Part shown: in pieces, positions 24,622-38,780 of the stretch
Numbering within the stretch: the first letter of the stretch is position 1
Layout: every line of letters begins with the position of its first letter
NCBI GenBank assembly: GCA_032718475.1
Contig: JAUCBJ010004529.1
Location: 10,957 to 74,956 of the forward strand
Direction of reading: 5' to 3'
DNA length: 64,000 bases
From: Nemertoderma westbladi
Lineage: Eukaryota; Animalia; Xenacoelomorpha
Program-made: the position numbers and the translations under genes
The notes under the pieces: generated by a model
The model's database searches: none
What the model saw: only the letters and a program-made list of their open reading frames with translations
Told to the model about the DNA's origin: nothing

Positions 24622-24664
24622 CTTGAGCCCCCCAAGCCCCCCCCCCCCCTTGTATCCGCCACTG
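24590..24664 (-). mobile_element. hAT terminal sequence, possibly the 5' end of the hAT element at 19943-22274
   Basis: Reverse strand reads CAGTGGCGGATACAAGG followed by G/C runs, typical of hAT ends; the partner TIR was not found. Confidence 0.5.
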
Positions 24665-26439
24665 GCAACCACTGCAATTAGCAATAGAGCAACATACAGA
24701 CTGATAAACAGATAATTTAAAGATTTATGAAAGAAAGTGTAACACCTACTGTACTGTAAGAAATAAGGAATATTTAATTTATTTAAGGTTAATATTTTTT
24801 TTTATAATAGGCCTAATACTGTAGTAGGCCTAGCAACCCGTACAGCACTTTAACTTATACTTGAATGTATCTGCACATGTTCTACCACCATAAACACCAC
24901 TTTACGCAATTCAACTATTATAAAATCAAGCCATACTGATCGCAAGATGTAGAGTACCAAGTTCATTTGAATGGCAATGAACCAGTATATCACGAATTAT
25001 TTTCCTCTCTTTTAGTCAAATAATGCAACACTAGCTATGCTACTGCTTTATTTGGCTAATTAAATAACTACACAAATTCAATAGGCTACACAAATTGCAA
25101 ATAACTGTTCATATGATAGTTCACTAATCAGCTAATAGGCCTATTTATTCGTGAGATTTCAATTTCTAAATAAAACTAATATACGAGCTCATATGAGCTC
25201 AATTGATTGATTGATTGATTGATTGCTTGGATTTATTTGTTTTTTTTTTGGTTAGGGTTAGTCGGTCAGGCACAAACCCTAATTAAAATTGTCATGTAAC
25301 CCTACCCTAACAAACCCTGCAGTAAGTCATGAGGCTCTAATCTAAGAAATTTTGTGGAATTTTTGACCCCATTAATATGGTCAATCACATAGTTGTCGCA
25401 TGAATAGTTGTCAGTAACAAATGTTGTGTTACGAAAACCATTTAAACACTGTGTAAAAATTGAATTTTAGATGAGGAAAAATTGTGTTGATTATAAACCG
25501 AATACCGCAACCAAAAACATGTTCACCAAGTCCTACCCTACTGTACTTGTAGCGAATAGATTATTTTATGAATTACCAACGAAAAGTAGAAACAGTAGCA
25601 AACTTTATCCTTACTCTTACTTTATCAATGTTTGATATTATTATATTATATTTGGATTAATTTTTAATGGGATTTTGTTGAATACAGTAGCAACTACTGT
25701 ATGTATTAATTAATTTAATATAATTATTAATGCTAATTCCAGGAGGCTTCCAGTTATTATCTAGCCCTGCGTGGTTGCCAGGCCTGTTGATTAGATGACA
25801 CTACTGTATGTGGTTCTAATCTAATATTGTGTATTGTTTTGGTTAGAAAGGCATCTGTAACCTTCACACAGAATATGAGTTAGGCCCGTTTCCAGTTCAC
25901 ACGGTAAAGTCCAGTTACTTTCATTTTACTAGCTATCCATACAGCTCGGCCCTTATATTCCAAAACCGTGTATCTCAATTTTTGGCATTTTGAGAAAATG
26001 GCCAAAAACCATTCCGGTTTTTTATGGTTATTCATTTTAAATTCTTACTGGGATTAATTCGGGAAATTTCCATATTAATATTCTATATAGGGTAAACGCA
26101 TGTGCCGAATCCACCTGAGGCAAAATTAAGGCATGAAAATAAAGGGAAATATGTTAAAAACACCATAGTACACCGATAGTACACCATAGCAGGTATTGGT
26201 CAATATACTTGCGCCGCAAACATGTAACTTTTTTTGGATCAAAATCGGCTAACTCATTTTTTATTCTTCAAAACCAGCTATCTTTTATATTTTATTTTTT
26301 AACAAAACCGTTTATCTCTATGTTTGAATATAAACTTTTATTTTATTAATTAATAATTACCATTAATATTGAAAACCATTAACTAATAAACTACAATTTG
26401 TGGTAAGGGAATAAAATAAAATGAACAGTCAGTTTAATG

Positions 26440-26800
26440 TAACGATAAGTTTAATACAATTTATAGTTTAATACATAGATCGGTTTTATACAAATATGAG
26501 TTTAATATATACTGTAGATCAGTTATATACAAATATGAGTTTAATAATAGATCGGTTTATACAAATATGAGTTTAATACATAGATCAGTTTTATACAAAT
26601 TTGAGTTTAATATATAGAGCAGTTTTATACAAAGATGAGTTTAATACATAGATAAGATTTAATGATCAGTTTTTACAATTATGATGAGTTTATAGCGATC
26701 AGTTTAATACAATTTATAGTTAATTAAACAGTTCAGTTTAAACAAATATGAGTTTAATACATTGATCCGTTTTATAGAATAATGAGTTTAATAAATCGAT
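26440..26800. repeat. ~33-bp AT-rich minisatellite inside the Sola1 element
   Basis: Unit approximately GAGTTTAATACATAGATCAGTTTTATACAAATAT, about 10 degenerate copies. Confidence 0.8.
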
Positions 26801-26865
26801 AAGTTGTATTCAATACAGATCTACTCATTAGCTAAAGAGTGATCGTAGCCACTATTAAGGTCTGT

Positions 26866-27550
26866 TTATGATTGTTTCGATGTCATCGATAACCAGAAAG
26901 ACGATCTGTTTCCTGGCATGAGATTAACAAGTTTCTTTAGGATAATCTCCTTCTTTGCTGTGTTAATTCCCCGTACACCTTCTTTCTTCTGTGGAATTTC
27001 TGGGTGATACCTCTCTTGAAGGAATTCTACACACTTCTCTGCTTCTTTGAAGTCTCTTTTATACACCATCTTGCGACACCCTTTGTTAAATCTCACCTGG
27101 ACTACCTCTGTAATATAGGGAAGCGCCTCTTTCAGCTTCTTGGAATACGTTAGTTTCTTCAACCACTTGTGGAATTCCGGGGTTAATACAACCAAATCTT
27201 TTCTACTGTTGGCCATAACCATAGTGACGTATTTCAAATCATACATTGCTGGTTGTCTTTTAATACTCCTCTCTATATTTCCATGAACCGAATCGGCTAA
27301 CATGTGCGTATGTCCCTTGGTGAGGTACTTCAATGTGATTGACTGTGGCCCCCCTGTGGCATTGACAATCGCTACACATGCGCCAAAGAGCAACCAGTTT
27401 TTATTTTGACCCGTACAATTATCCAGCCAAAATATAAACTCTTTGGAATCCCGCTCTTCTCTGATGATCCTTAACATACAATCGGCCAATGAGTCAGCAT
27501 CCCGACCTTGCAGCCCCTCATGCCACACCACACAATAGTCATTCATCCCC
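26866..27550 (-). pseudogene. C-terminal half of a Sola1 DDD transposase
   Basis: CVVWHEGLQGR; WLDNCTGQNKNW; KYLTKGHTHMLADSVHGNIE; GINTAKKEII. The N-terminal half is not recognisable. Confidence 0.8.
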
Positions 27551-27792
27551 CCTCCAACGTCACCACTACCAAACCCCTCAGTATGTCCCCCTCCAATGTC
27601 ACCACTCCCCTCAATATGTCCCCCTCCAACGTCACCACTCCCACTCCCCTCTGTATGTCCCCCTCCAACGTCACCACTCCCACTCTCCTCAATATGTCCC
27701 CCTCCAACGTCACCACTCCCACTCCCCTCTGTATGTCCCCCTCCAACGTAACCACTTCCACTCCCCTCTGTATGTCCCCCTCCAACGTCACC
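27548..27792. repeat. 39-bp (one 33-bp) C-rich minisatellite
   Basis: TATGTCCCCCTCCAACGTCACCACTCCCACTCCCCTCTG, about 6.5 copies. Confidence 0.9.
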
Positions 27793-30700
27793 ATTTACCA
27801 GAAGCATTGGAATCATTAGGGGGTATAGCCTTCCTCCGTAGAGGATATTGTTTGCGTGTGGCAGACATTGTTTACTTACACGAATATCAGTGCTATGCTT
27901 TATATAAAATAAACAAACTGGCTTGCTACCAAGAGTCAAGAAAGTGTTTAAAAAAACTGTTGTTCTGATTCTTTGATCGATGAATTGCTTATAGATGACA
28001 AAACGTTATGGTACAGTAACACAACCTACTGGTAAACTCTTGTTACCTAAACTCTCATGGTTGTTTACCTAAACTGAAACTTTACAATATGTTATCATAA
28101 CGCTTTGTGTAGTTTGTTAATGCCTGAATTGTTGATTTATGAATTAACTACCGGTAAACGGTAGCTGGCCGCGACAATTGCAAATGAATTGTTCAGACTA
28201 AATGACCGGTTAACTGTGTTTTGAAATATATCTAGAACATTTATTGAACATTGAATTTGTAATCAAAACCGTCTATCTGAGAAAGATTTGTTCTAGAGGT
28301 GGTCCAAAACCGTCTATCTCCAGATAGATGGTTTTGATAAATTAAACGAATTTCCGAAACAGAGATACACTGTTTTGATAAATTAATAATCATGGAGATC
28401 TTGCATCCTATTGGTCAGTTAATTTTTTTCGGTTAATTTTTCTCAGATAAATGGTTTTGATTAAAAATTGCTTCAAAAAATATCGAGATACACGGTTTTG
28501 GTCGCAAACTATTTTCTTTGCATTTGATTTTCAAGCTTCGGGACCTGGATAGAAAGATGCGCCTTGTAATTCTGATTCCAAATATATAAATATGTCATTT
28601 TCGTCAAAAATCGAGATACACGGTTTTGGAATATAAGGGCCGAGCTACTGTATCTGTATAGGCCTACTGTAATATCCTGTAGTAACAATAAACTTTCTAC
28701 TCCAGAACGTCTTTTGAAATCTTCATTGATGGCATACAGTATCCATTTTATGCTAATTTAAGATGATATACCGTACAGTGCAGTTGTAGTTTATAGTTCT
28801 AAGTACAATAATTGAAGTTATTATTATAGTTAGTAATTAAGTCATTATTTCTTAACATGATAATTTCATGTGAATAACTGAATACTAAAGCATCCAGAAC
28901 GCCGATAAGTAGAAATAATGTAACAAAAATGCGTCCTTGTATTGTATGGTAACGCCTCGATGCGCTTGTCGCTTTCTCTGTACACCAAATACACTAGGGT
29001 CATGGCACTGAAAAGTGCTAATTTTCAAACAATGATGTTAATTTTTAATGAAAGTTATTATTCCACCAAAATGTTTATTTAACCGATTTATTGTGACGAT
29101 TCAGGAATACAGATTGTATTACAGTAAATACATTGGATCGATAATACTACAGTACAACAGCTGACTGCATTTTCCCACAAATGGTGGATGTAATATTGCA
29201 CGTTGCTGGTACATAAAAATTACATTTTAGGCACACTGGGTGGCCCACAACCGCTGGGTGGCGCACAACACTCCGGGCCCTTTAGGGATGATTTTATCAA
29301 AACACAGGTTTTACGCATCAATACACCATTTTTTTCAAACACTCATTACCGATGCACTTAGCCGCACTCCAGTCAGACAGAAACCGTACAAATTTAGGCG
29401 TCCTGTACGCTTTACCTGTAAGTCAACGATTTTTATCTTGATATTTATTTCATTGGCTTCTTGATGGTCGATTACGGTGGTATGTTTCAGGTAATAACAA
29501 TTAACTCGAACCTCGCTCTTCATAATGTACAGTAGTTCACAACGAATGCGCTGATTAAATGGATTTTAGATTCACTCTTATTTTTTAATGGTGCCTTTTA
29601 AAATTTGAATCCTTGAAAATGATTGTCAATCAATAGTCAAGGTATGTGAGGTCCTTAACGACGAAAGTGAATTGAAATAATGTAATGTAATATGAATACA
29701 GATCCCCCGAACCAACTCTTGTACAGAACAGCATCTACAGCACCCATATACAGTACTAGGCCTACTACAATCGGCATGTTGCATTTCACCTGCATTATCT
29801 ATATCATACATATTAAGAATGTATGCCGGCTTGTCATCAAAATTGCTTCGCCACAGGAAGTGGCCAATTTAGACAAAATCTTTGGGGGGGGGGGGGGGGG
29901 GGGGGGGGGTTACTTTGTTAGTTGCAATTTTTCTGCTTAGAATATTAAATTTTACTGAGTAAAATCTATTTTTTTATCTCTCAAGTATAGGTGATAGATT
30001 TGATTATTGATATTACTAATAATTAATAGGAACTACTGTACTCTTACAACTTTTATCACATGTGAAGAAAGCTATGTTTCGAGATGATATATTATAAAAA
30101 TTATAAAATTGATGGTTTATGCTGAGAGAATAGCATGCCATTTATTATCAATAATTTTTGCCACGAGATCTTTATATCTTTAATTTAGCATGTTAGCTTG
30201 TATTCTGCTATAAGCAGAGATAGGCGAATGGAGCTCGCAACAATTTTCTTCGAATTGTGCCATATAAAAAGTATGTTACTGTGTATAATGTTGGAAAAAA
30301 TGTGCAAAATTGTGCAGTGAGAAAGGGCATTTTGTTATTAACACTTACAGACTAATGAGAACTTACAGGCAAATTAAATTTTTAAATAATTACTGTACAC
30401 AACAGGCCCTACAACAATAAAAAAATAACAGTGTACGTTCAGTAAGTATTGGTTATATTGTGATTGAAGTTGAAAGGTCATTCAGCACTCAGCAGCAACG
30501 TTTTATGTTTAGTGAGGGCATATTAGCACTTGCACCGATTGTATTTACAAACTATAAACATTGAAATAATACATTGAAAATATACGAATAGTAAGTATAG
30601 TGTTAGTGTCACGCACTCAAAACCTCACACTACACGTAACACTTATAGAGTAAAAGAAAAACCACATAAAATGAAATATGACCTCCAGAAACGATACAGC

Positions 30701-31214
30701 AGACAGTCGTTATAATGAATATGGTCTGGTACTTTTTCTTTTTGTTCAAGACAGTAGGGCCTACAGCATGGTATGAAATATTTTAATGAATTATCTTAAA
30801 TAACAGTCCACGATGTTTACAAGCATTCACAATTACTGTAGGTTTTCATATCAATTAGTTTACGCAGCTACATATCGTTACAAAATATGTAATATATATA
30901 AACTCACGATCTGTGTCTGGAACATTTCGTTCATGTAATTAATATAGTCCTACACGAACGATATGTTAAAGATCCTGAACGTGATTTTATAAGAGAATTA
31001 TATCACCTGCGACAGGCGAAGAATTCGATTTTGCAAAAAGACGCATTTTTATAGATTTATAGGAAGGGATTTAGGGGTCTTATAAAAAATTTAAATGCAA
31101 AATCGAATATTCCGGGTCATGGGGATATCAACGGTTCGAGTTGAACTAGTTGTATTTCAAATTTCAAGCAATAAGATAAACAATTGTAGAAAATATGTGG
31201 TGGGGGTGGGGGGG

Positions 31215-31985
31215 GGGACAATTGCCCCCCGGACAATTGCCCCCGGACAATTGCCGCCCGGACAATTTCCCCCGGACAATTGCCGCCCGGACAATTGCCC
31301 CCGGACAATTGCCGCCCGGACAATTGCCCCCGGACAATTATTTCCCCCGGGACAATTGCCCCCCGAGGAAAATTGCCCTCCTGACAATTGCCCCCCGAGG
31401 ACAATTGCCCCCCGAACAATTGCCCACGGACTATTGCCCCCCGGACAATTGCCCCCCGGACTATTGCCACCCGGACAATTGCCCCCGATATTTTACTTAA
31501 TGAATATATTTTAAATCTTGAAATCCCTTGAATGTTCTCGTATAGTTTTATGAAATTCAAGTAATATTAACCTTGATCAACACTTCTAAACTTTTAATTA
31601 TTCTGCTTTTTTTTCAAAAAATTCAAGATTTTTTCTAGAACAATTTGATTTGATAACCATTTCTAAACTTTTTAATTTTATGTGTTTTTCAAAATATGCA
31701 TGAAATACATCGAAATACATTGGAAAAATATCGAAATTATTGAGCACATAAATAAGCAAACATGGATGTTTTATTAAATATAACACCAGCTACTGTATAT
31801 AAAATTATTGGTTTAATGTTGTAACAAGTTAGGAAGACTAAATTGCTAGTTAGGAACGACCTTATTTATTTTGAAATTTTCCTTGGGGCCAATTTATTGA
31901 TTGGTGGGTTATTGTTATTGGGGGGCAATTGTCCGTGGGGCAATTGTCCTCGGGGGCAATTGTCCGGAGTGCAATAGTCCGGGAG
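31215..31985. mobile_element. MITE with arrays of GGACAATTGCCCC subterminal repeats in opposite orientation at its two ends
   Basis: Many ~16-bp units at 31215-31490 and inverted GGGGCAATTGTCC units at 31920-31985. Confidence 0.7.
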
Positions 31986-32372
31986 GAGTGCGTTTTAACC
32001 AACTTTTAGTCGAAAAAAAATACCCACCCCAAATTTTTTTTTCAGAACAACCACATGCACTAGTTATTTCAGAAAAAAAAAATTTTAAAATATTTGACCG
32101 GGCTATTGTCTTTTAATTAACAATTATAAATTATTAAATTATTATAATTATATTAATAATATTATATAACTTTAAAAAAATTACCCATTCAAAATTTTGA
32201 TTTATTTGCAGTCTACATGATGTTTTTGTTTAAATTTAGCTTGAACTAACATATTTCATCGGGCTATTGGCCTTTAATACAAAATAATTAAATGGCTCAT
32301 ATTGAAATTATGTAGCCGCGAACAGAATAATTTGAAATTTCGCATAAAATATTACTTCTATTGATCCATTAG

Positions 32373-32871
32373 CACCATTCGAACGGTAATCATCGATTTA
32401 GTTGGGGTAGAAACCTCCAAAAAAAGAGTAGAGCTGTTAGTTCTCGAGATATTGTACAAAAGGTGTACATTAGGCTCACTATGCGCTTTTTGTACACACA
32501 ACTCTATATGACACCTTTTGTGAAATATCTCGAGAACTAACAGCTCTACTCTTTTTTTGGAGGTTTCTACCCCAACTAAATCGATGATTGCCTTTCGAAT
32601 GGTACTATGTTTGATTCAATAGAATCATCAATAGAACATTATTACTGAAATTTATTGGTAATTTATTTATTACTTATTTATTACTGGAATTTATTATTTG
32701 TTACTGAAAATAATACTAATAATAAACCTGCAGACTCAAACTTAGGCGCATTAGGTTATAATTATATAAAGGCGGCAAACTGCCGCAATTATGAGCACGG
32801 TCATGAGATATTTATAATGAAAAAGGCGGTAATGTGCCGCCTTTTTTTAGTTTTGGTGCGCAAAGGGTTAA
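32373..32871. mobile_element. piggyBac-like MITE remnant with internal ~95-bp inverted repeat
   Basis: Inverted arms 32373-32470 / 32508-32605; right end ...GCGCAAAGGG|TTAA at 32867; left end not found. Confidence 0.45.
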
Positions 32872-33339
32872 ACAAAATGTGTGATCATTTCTCCTACATT
32901 TTAATTCGAATATAAATTACAGAATTGCCCCGCATGGGGGCGTAGTTTAAAAAAAAGCAATTTACATACTCATTCTATTACATTGAAATAAATTTATGTT
33001 AAATCTATTTAATACTATATTGAACCGTGGTTGTTGAAACAACTGTACACACAGCTGAAGTATCGCACCATGACACCTCTGGCCCACTGTGTATGGGCGC
33101 CGTCCTGTCCTGGTGTGATCTATTCGGCTCCATTTTTTTTGCATTTGTCCGAGTTACAAGGCCGAGATAATTGCCTTTGATCTTTGAACCTTCCCTCGCA
33201 AAAACTACACTGTATCTGTTAATATGTGAGAATATCTGCCAATATATATCTAGCAAGACAAAAGCACAAAACCATACTATGATTTTAGCTATGGGGCTTT
33301 CCTCGTCGCTGATTTCAGGTCTGAGGTCTGTTTTCACTT

Positions 33340-33810
33340 TTAATAAAATCTAGTCAGACTGTTTGTCTGTCTGTCGGTCTTTCTGATTATCAGACAATCA
33401 GTCCGTCAAATATAAGGAACGGGTAGACCATCTAGCTAAAGGTTTTGCTCTAGGGGTTTTCCTGGTCGCAGAACCCATTTTCAGTGTCAGATTTAACATT
33501 TGATTACTTCTAAATTGTCTCTTTGGCTGTCGGTTATATATTGACGCCATATTATAAAATATAATAAATTTTATAATATGAAATTGGAAATTGTATGAAT
33601 TCCATTGTTTTGAGACATACTGACGGACAGACGGACAGTAAAACGGACAGACAGCCATATCTCGAGAAGTAAGACAGATCTGTCAAAACGGTTTACATAT
33701 TTGAAATCTTGATCAAAATCTGCTCTAGAAGGAATAGAAAAAAAAATTTGAAAGCCAGTACCCCCCCCCCCCCCCCCCCCCCCCCCTAACATCGCCCAAC
33801 AACCGAAGAT
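33340..33810 (-). mobile_element. HINE/DINE-like repeat with (GTCT/GTCC)n microsatellite
   Basis: GACGGACAGACGGACAG and GTCTGTCTGTC tracts plus TTTGAAATC motif; a related copy lies at ~42510-43030. Confidence 0.35.
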
Positions 33811-33829
33811 GAACATACAAATAGTTGGT

Positions 33830-35260
33830 TCAACTACGAAAGTAAAGATTTAAAAGAGAAGGTGATCGGCTTCACAACATCTAATGGTAATGAAAGGTAG
33901 AACTTTGGGATGCTAAACGAGAATTTAAAAAAGTTATCCGGAGGAAGAAATCTGAATTGAATGAAAAACTCTTGCTGGAAAAGTTAAAACAAACTGAGAC
34001 AACGCCGTGGATTCTTCTAGAGGATTATAACCCACCAACTGTAGCACCAATTGCCACAGAGAGACTGGAGGGCCAGGAAATGGTTGTCAGTGGTTCAGAT
34101 CCTGTACCAGAATCAACAAGAACAGGATCGTAAGGCAAGTGGACCCTACAGAGTCTACAGTGGACACATGACACAATCGATATGGGTATTGATGTCGATT
34201 TTATTTCTTCATTTAATACCTGCGTAAACATTGCTCGAGTTCCATCCGCGTGGTCAACGAGTATTATTAAAATTCTATACAAATAGAACGGAGATAAATC
34301 AATTCCAGATAACTATAGAGGAATTGCCTTGATTAGCTTATACTTAAAAACTCTAATGAAGGTTATTAACTCGAGAGATAGAGAAATCACATTATTGGTC
34401 TGCTTCCGGTGGAGCAATTTGACTTTATATATATCGTCTACAGGAAAGCTTTTGATGTGGTGAACCGACGAATTTTATTACACAAGTTGTACAATCAATT
34501 TGGAATAAAAGATAACATATTATTTATCTGATTATCTTCGGAACATTGTAGAGATCTATGATGGCATGAAATTTTCAAATCCGATTGAGCACCTAAGAGG
34601 CATTCTCAAGGCGGATACATTTTCACCGATCTGCTTTATTGTGTTTACAGCAGATCTAGCGGCTACGGAAACCCATATCGGCCACGTCGCGTGCAAACTT
34701 CCATGTCACGCGCGCAAACTTCTTTCTTTGCGGACGATCTGCCCATTTATTCCTCCTAAAAACTCGATATTCAAAGAGATAATGCAGTTTTCAGGTGGTC
34801 CAAACGCAACGAAATTGTTGTCAACTTATCTAAAACTAAAATAATGAAGTACCGGAATGGCGGCAGGCAGGTTAGCCGCTGATGACAAGTTTTAATACGA
34901 TGGAAATCTAGAGGAGATAGATAATAGCTATGACTACATTGATGTAACATTACAACCTTTTCTGGCTTTCACTAAACATATAAATCGTAAAAAATATAAA
35001 GCGTTTGCTGCTATAGGGTGCTTCGAAAAATCTACAACGAGTCTCAATAGACACGGGTATGAAAATATTTCAAATGAAAATTGACCCAATAATGGTGACT
35101 TTACGCCTTCAATGAGATTGAAATCTATTATACACCGTGTCAACTCAAGGAAATAGATAAAATCAAAGGAGGCTTCATAAAGAAATTTATAGGCCTTCAT
35201 GAGAATGCTTCAACAACACTTGCTCTTCACATGATTGGCACAGCAACACCTAGTATCTCG
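33830..35260 (+). mobile_element. Highly degenerate LINE (RT domain relic, possible ORF1 piece upstream)
   Basis: GDKSIPDNYRGIALIS; KAFDVVNRRILLHKL; GILKADTFSPICFIVFTADL; FFADD in a shifted frame. Confidence 0.7.
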
Positions 35261-36134
35261 GTTTCCACCAACATGTGTGCAGGAATCTAACACCTTTCCA
35301 CTAGACTTGAGCATATAATATATATATTTACTTTTATTCAGTCTCATTATTTCATCGCTTCTCTAATAATTGTTTTCCTTGAATTAAAGATATAAATGTT
35401 GGGGAGTACATACAATTTATCTTCATAATAATATTTGAATCACTTCAGTATTTACAGGGGCAAGTATATCATGGTTTGTTTCAACAACTACAGGTTGGGT
35501 TCAAATTTCCATTAAATTATAAACACATAGGTTAGGTTGTACAAATAATATTCCTAATATTGTAATAATATTCATATAGCCCGCGATTAGTCGCCTAGGA
35601 ATACCATATTCCAATTAATTCAACGGAAACGATTTCAAAAATTCTTATATCCTTAAAATCTCGAGGGTTGAATTTCCCTGAAACTATCTGTACTATATCT
35701 TCCAGCATGTAGTTCCCAAGTAGATCCTTCTGTGGATTTTCGTGAGGATGCCACCTCTTGAATCCATTACTTGGTTTGGGTAATTGGGATTCTATTCAGT
35801 TAACGGAAAGAGATACCCACAATAACTGATTGAAGCTCCTATGGCGCACTATCTCAATCTCATTATATTATTAATTATTTCTTTAAGATTTCTGGTTCCA
35901 TTGAGACTGATATAAACCATTAAGAGTTCATTTATATATTTCTGGTTTCGTTTCGGCTGCTTTCCTAATCTTTCTAATGGGATGTCTTTTATCTTATTTT
36001 CCGTATTCAGCATCATTTTGCATATTTCTGTTGAATTCTATATTATTTTAATTCACATTCTATTTTTAATTACAATTTTGATGATGAGTCATTTGTATAT
36101 ATTAATTCTCTGTAGCTATAAATTTAAAAACCTG

Positions 36135-36253
36135 GAGGGTGTTTCACGTAGTTTCATTTGATTTAATTAAATGAAACTTCGTGAAACGCAAATTTCTTAC
36201 ATGATACTTCATTTACGCCAATTTAGTTAAATGACGCTTCGTGAAACACCCCC
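36135..36253. mobile_element. PIF/Harbinger-like MITE
   Basis: TIR GAGGGTGTTTCACG / CGTGAAACACCCCC flanked by CTG and CAG (CWG target). Confidence 0.6.
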
Positions 36254-36429
36254 CAGCTCATTCATTTCATTTAATTTAATTCGGTCTTTGCCGACAATAT
36301 AAAATAAAAGTGCACCGAAATACGTTACACACAAATTATAATGCAAGTTAAGTAAAAACGATAATTGGTACAATTAACGTGGTTCAAAAAAATACCAGAT
36401 AACACTTGAGACATAACGAATATTACAAT

Positions 36430-38220
36430 AAAGTCGTCATTGAAGTACTAGATGAGGTTAAAGTACTGCTGGATACAATTATGTTAGCTGTCAAAAGGTA
36501 ATGAATGCACTGTTGTCTTAGCACGGTTGAATGATGTTGTAGTGGGCAGTTTCTCTGTGTGTCAGTGACCGTGGTGATAATCTAGAGAAAATTTCCCTCT
36601 TACTGAATTTATATGTAAGCAGAGACAATAGGAGCGGGATAGGAAATTGGCGTCCGCAGGTGTTATAAGTCGATCCTAGGCCGGTATATGAACGATTATT
36701 ATGTGTATTTAGTTGTGTTAAACATCTTAAGATTGTTTGAAGATTAACATTTGGACAGTCCGTAACACATATTATGGTACTGATTGAAGCTGTAAAGGAG
36801 TCGGATGAGATTGGGTTGCAGTTCAGTAGAGCATATGTGACTTGGTTACTTGCATAGTTGCCCAGGTGCAAAAGTCCACGCAATATTTTCCTGTAGTAGA
36901 CGTCAAGATTGGTTAATTCTGTGTCTGTTAAAGCACCAACTAGGAATCTTATACTGTAAAGTAAATATTAAAGCACCAACTAGGAATCTTATACTGTAAA
37001 GTAAATATTATGGGAATTGCAATATACCGCCAAAGGTGACTCAAGGTGGAATTGGTTAACCACCTTGTGGTCCATCCATTTCTATGAAATGACTCTGAAA
37101 TCGAGGCAATGATTTGGATGCTGTCAGCTAGAGCCTCCGCATGGTCGTTAAATTTTAATCCCAAATAGTGATAAGACTGTCAGGCAGGAACCAGAACACA
37201 GTTATATTGAGGAATGTGGCAACATGGCCTGGTGCGATGGGTGAGTATGAACATCCAATGTGTCTTGGATTCTTCAATGTTTAACTGAACTTTCGCCAAA
37301 TTTTCAGTGACTATGTCAACTTGCTTCTCGATTTCATCAGCAGATCTACCGATTAGTAGGATGTCGTCAGCATACCCTATGGAGCCCACCCAACCATCAG
37401 AGAAGCTGTGTCCGAAACCGGCGCTGTCCAAAGTACCTAGTATACCAGCAGTGTATGTGTTGAAAAGTAATGGGGATAATAACGAACCTTGTTTCACGCC
37501 ACGTGTGAGTGGGATCCCAATCTCCGAGATTTTTGATCCAAATTTGAGGAATGCAGTGCTGAATTTGTAGTATGTTAGTAGTGCAAGACATATATGGGGG
37601 TTTAAGTGATGACGTAGTTTGCTAAATAGAGTAAAGTATTCAACGTTGTCGAACACAGAGGCTACATCCAATTCGCAGAGGTAACTGGTGGTTCCCTTTC
37701 TGCGTTGGGTTTCGAGACATTTCAGGCTTGCGCTAATGATGAGGTCGAATCCAATTTTCTTCTGATAGGCCATTTGGGATGGTGGGATAATATCTGGGGT
37801 GGAGAGGAACTCACTGAGTAACACAGACTCGAATATCTTTGCAAATAGGTTTACTGTAGCGATCCGACGATACGACTTTGAGAGTAGAGGATCACGTCCC
37901 TTGCCTTTGTACAGATGGGAAACAATTGTTTCACAAAATACCTGAGGAACTTCGCCGAGTCTGAAAGTAGCATTTATGATCTCTGACAAAACATGACATA
38001 AATCCTGTGTTAATTCTGAGGATGTGTTCAATCACAAGGGAATTAACATCAGCGGCCTTACCTTTGGAAAGTTTTAAAACGGTTCTCTTTATTGTTAGAG
38101 GAGAAACTGTTGGAAATTAAGCTGTTGTCCTTGCCTCCTCTAGCTCTTCAATGACTTGGGACTTGGTGTCATTTTGTCTCTTGTGGGTGCTGCTACTAAA
38201 ATTGCAATTCTGGAACAATG
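36430..38220 (-). mobile_element. LINE ORF2 relic (RT domain, possibly RTE-X-like)
   Basis: ORF 37180-38031: KGKGRDPLLSKSYRRI, LDVASVFDNV, GVKQGSLLSPLLFNTY, IGYADDILL; a 40-bp tandem duplication at 36928-37010 disrupts the downstream frame. Confidence 0.85.
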
Positions 38221-38639
38221 GGTTTGACAATTTATGTGATTGTCTAAATAGTATAGCTGTGTATCACTTTGTACTGTGTACAGTGTATTAGTACTACTTT
38301 TTGAAAATTTGTATATCTTATATTACCTATTTATAACTATTGACCTGAAAATTTTACTCAATTTTCAGAACCAACTTGCAGCATATAATTATATTTCCAA
38401 AAATTCGTCTGATATGTTGCCCTTCACTTAGTATCCTTTGTATATCATATATAAAAACTTTCATGTTATGAGAGTCAAAACTTAAAAGCGTTTCAAGTGT
38501 AACCACATTTTTATACATTAACTCGTATGAACTAATATTAAATAAAGGTAGTGAAAATTTTGTTATAATTATTTCCTTTCTGAACAAAAAGAAATAATAT
38601 ATATTTATATGTTTTATCATAGTTTTTTATGGCATTAAC

Positions 38640-38780
38640 TGGTAGTTTAACTGGAGTACCAGTTAAATAACTGGGAGCAAATCTTGGGATAGGAGTAGCG
38701 CCCACCCCTACCCTCAGGTAGCAGCTATTGAAAGAGGAGCCTTCGGGTCGCCTCCGGCTTCGGCCGACTGTTTGCTTTTT
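38640..38780 (+). mobile_element. SINE-like fragment
   Basis: GGAGTAGCGCCCACCCCTAC...AGCTATTGAAAGAGGAGCCTTCGGGTCGCC resembles a repeat tail I recall from invertebrate genomes; recall only, not verified. Confidence 0.35.

Larger units (their letters stand above)
25947..28642 (-). mobile_element. Sola1 DNA transposon, internally deleted
   Basis: TIR CGGCCCTTATATTCCAAAACCGTGTATCTC / GAGATACACGGTTTTGGAATATAAGGGCCG; AGCT on both flanks (4-bp TSD); multiple subterminal AAAACCGT.TATCTC motifs. Confidence 0.85.
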
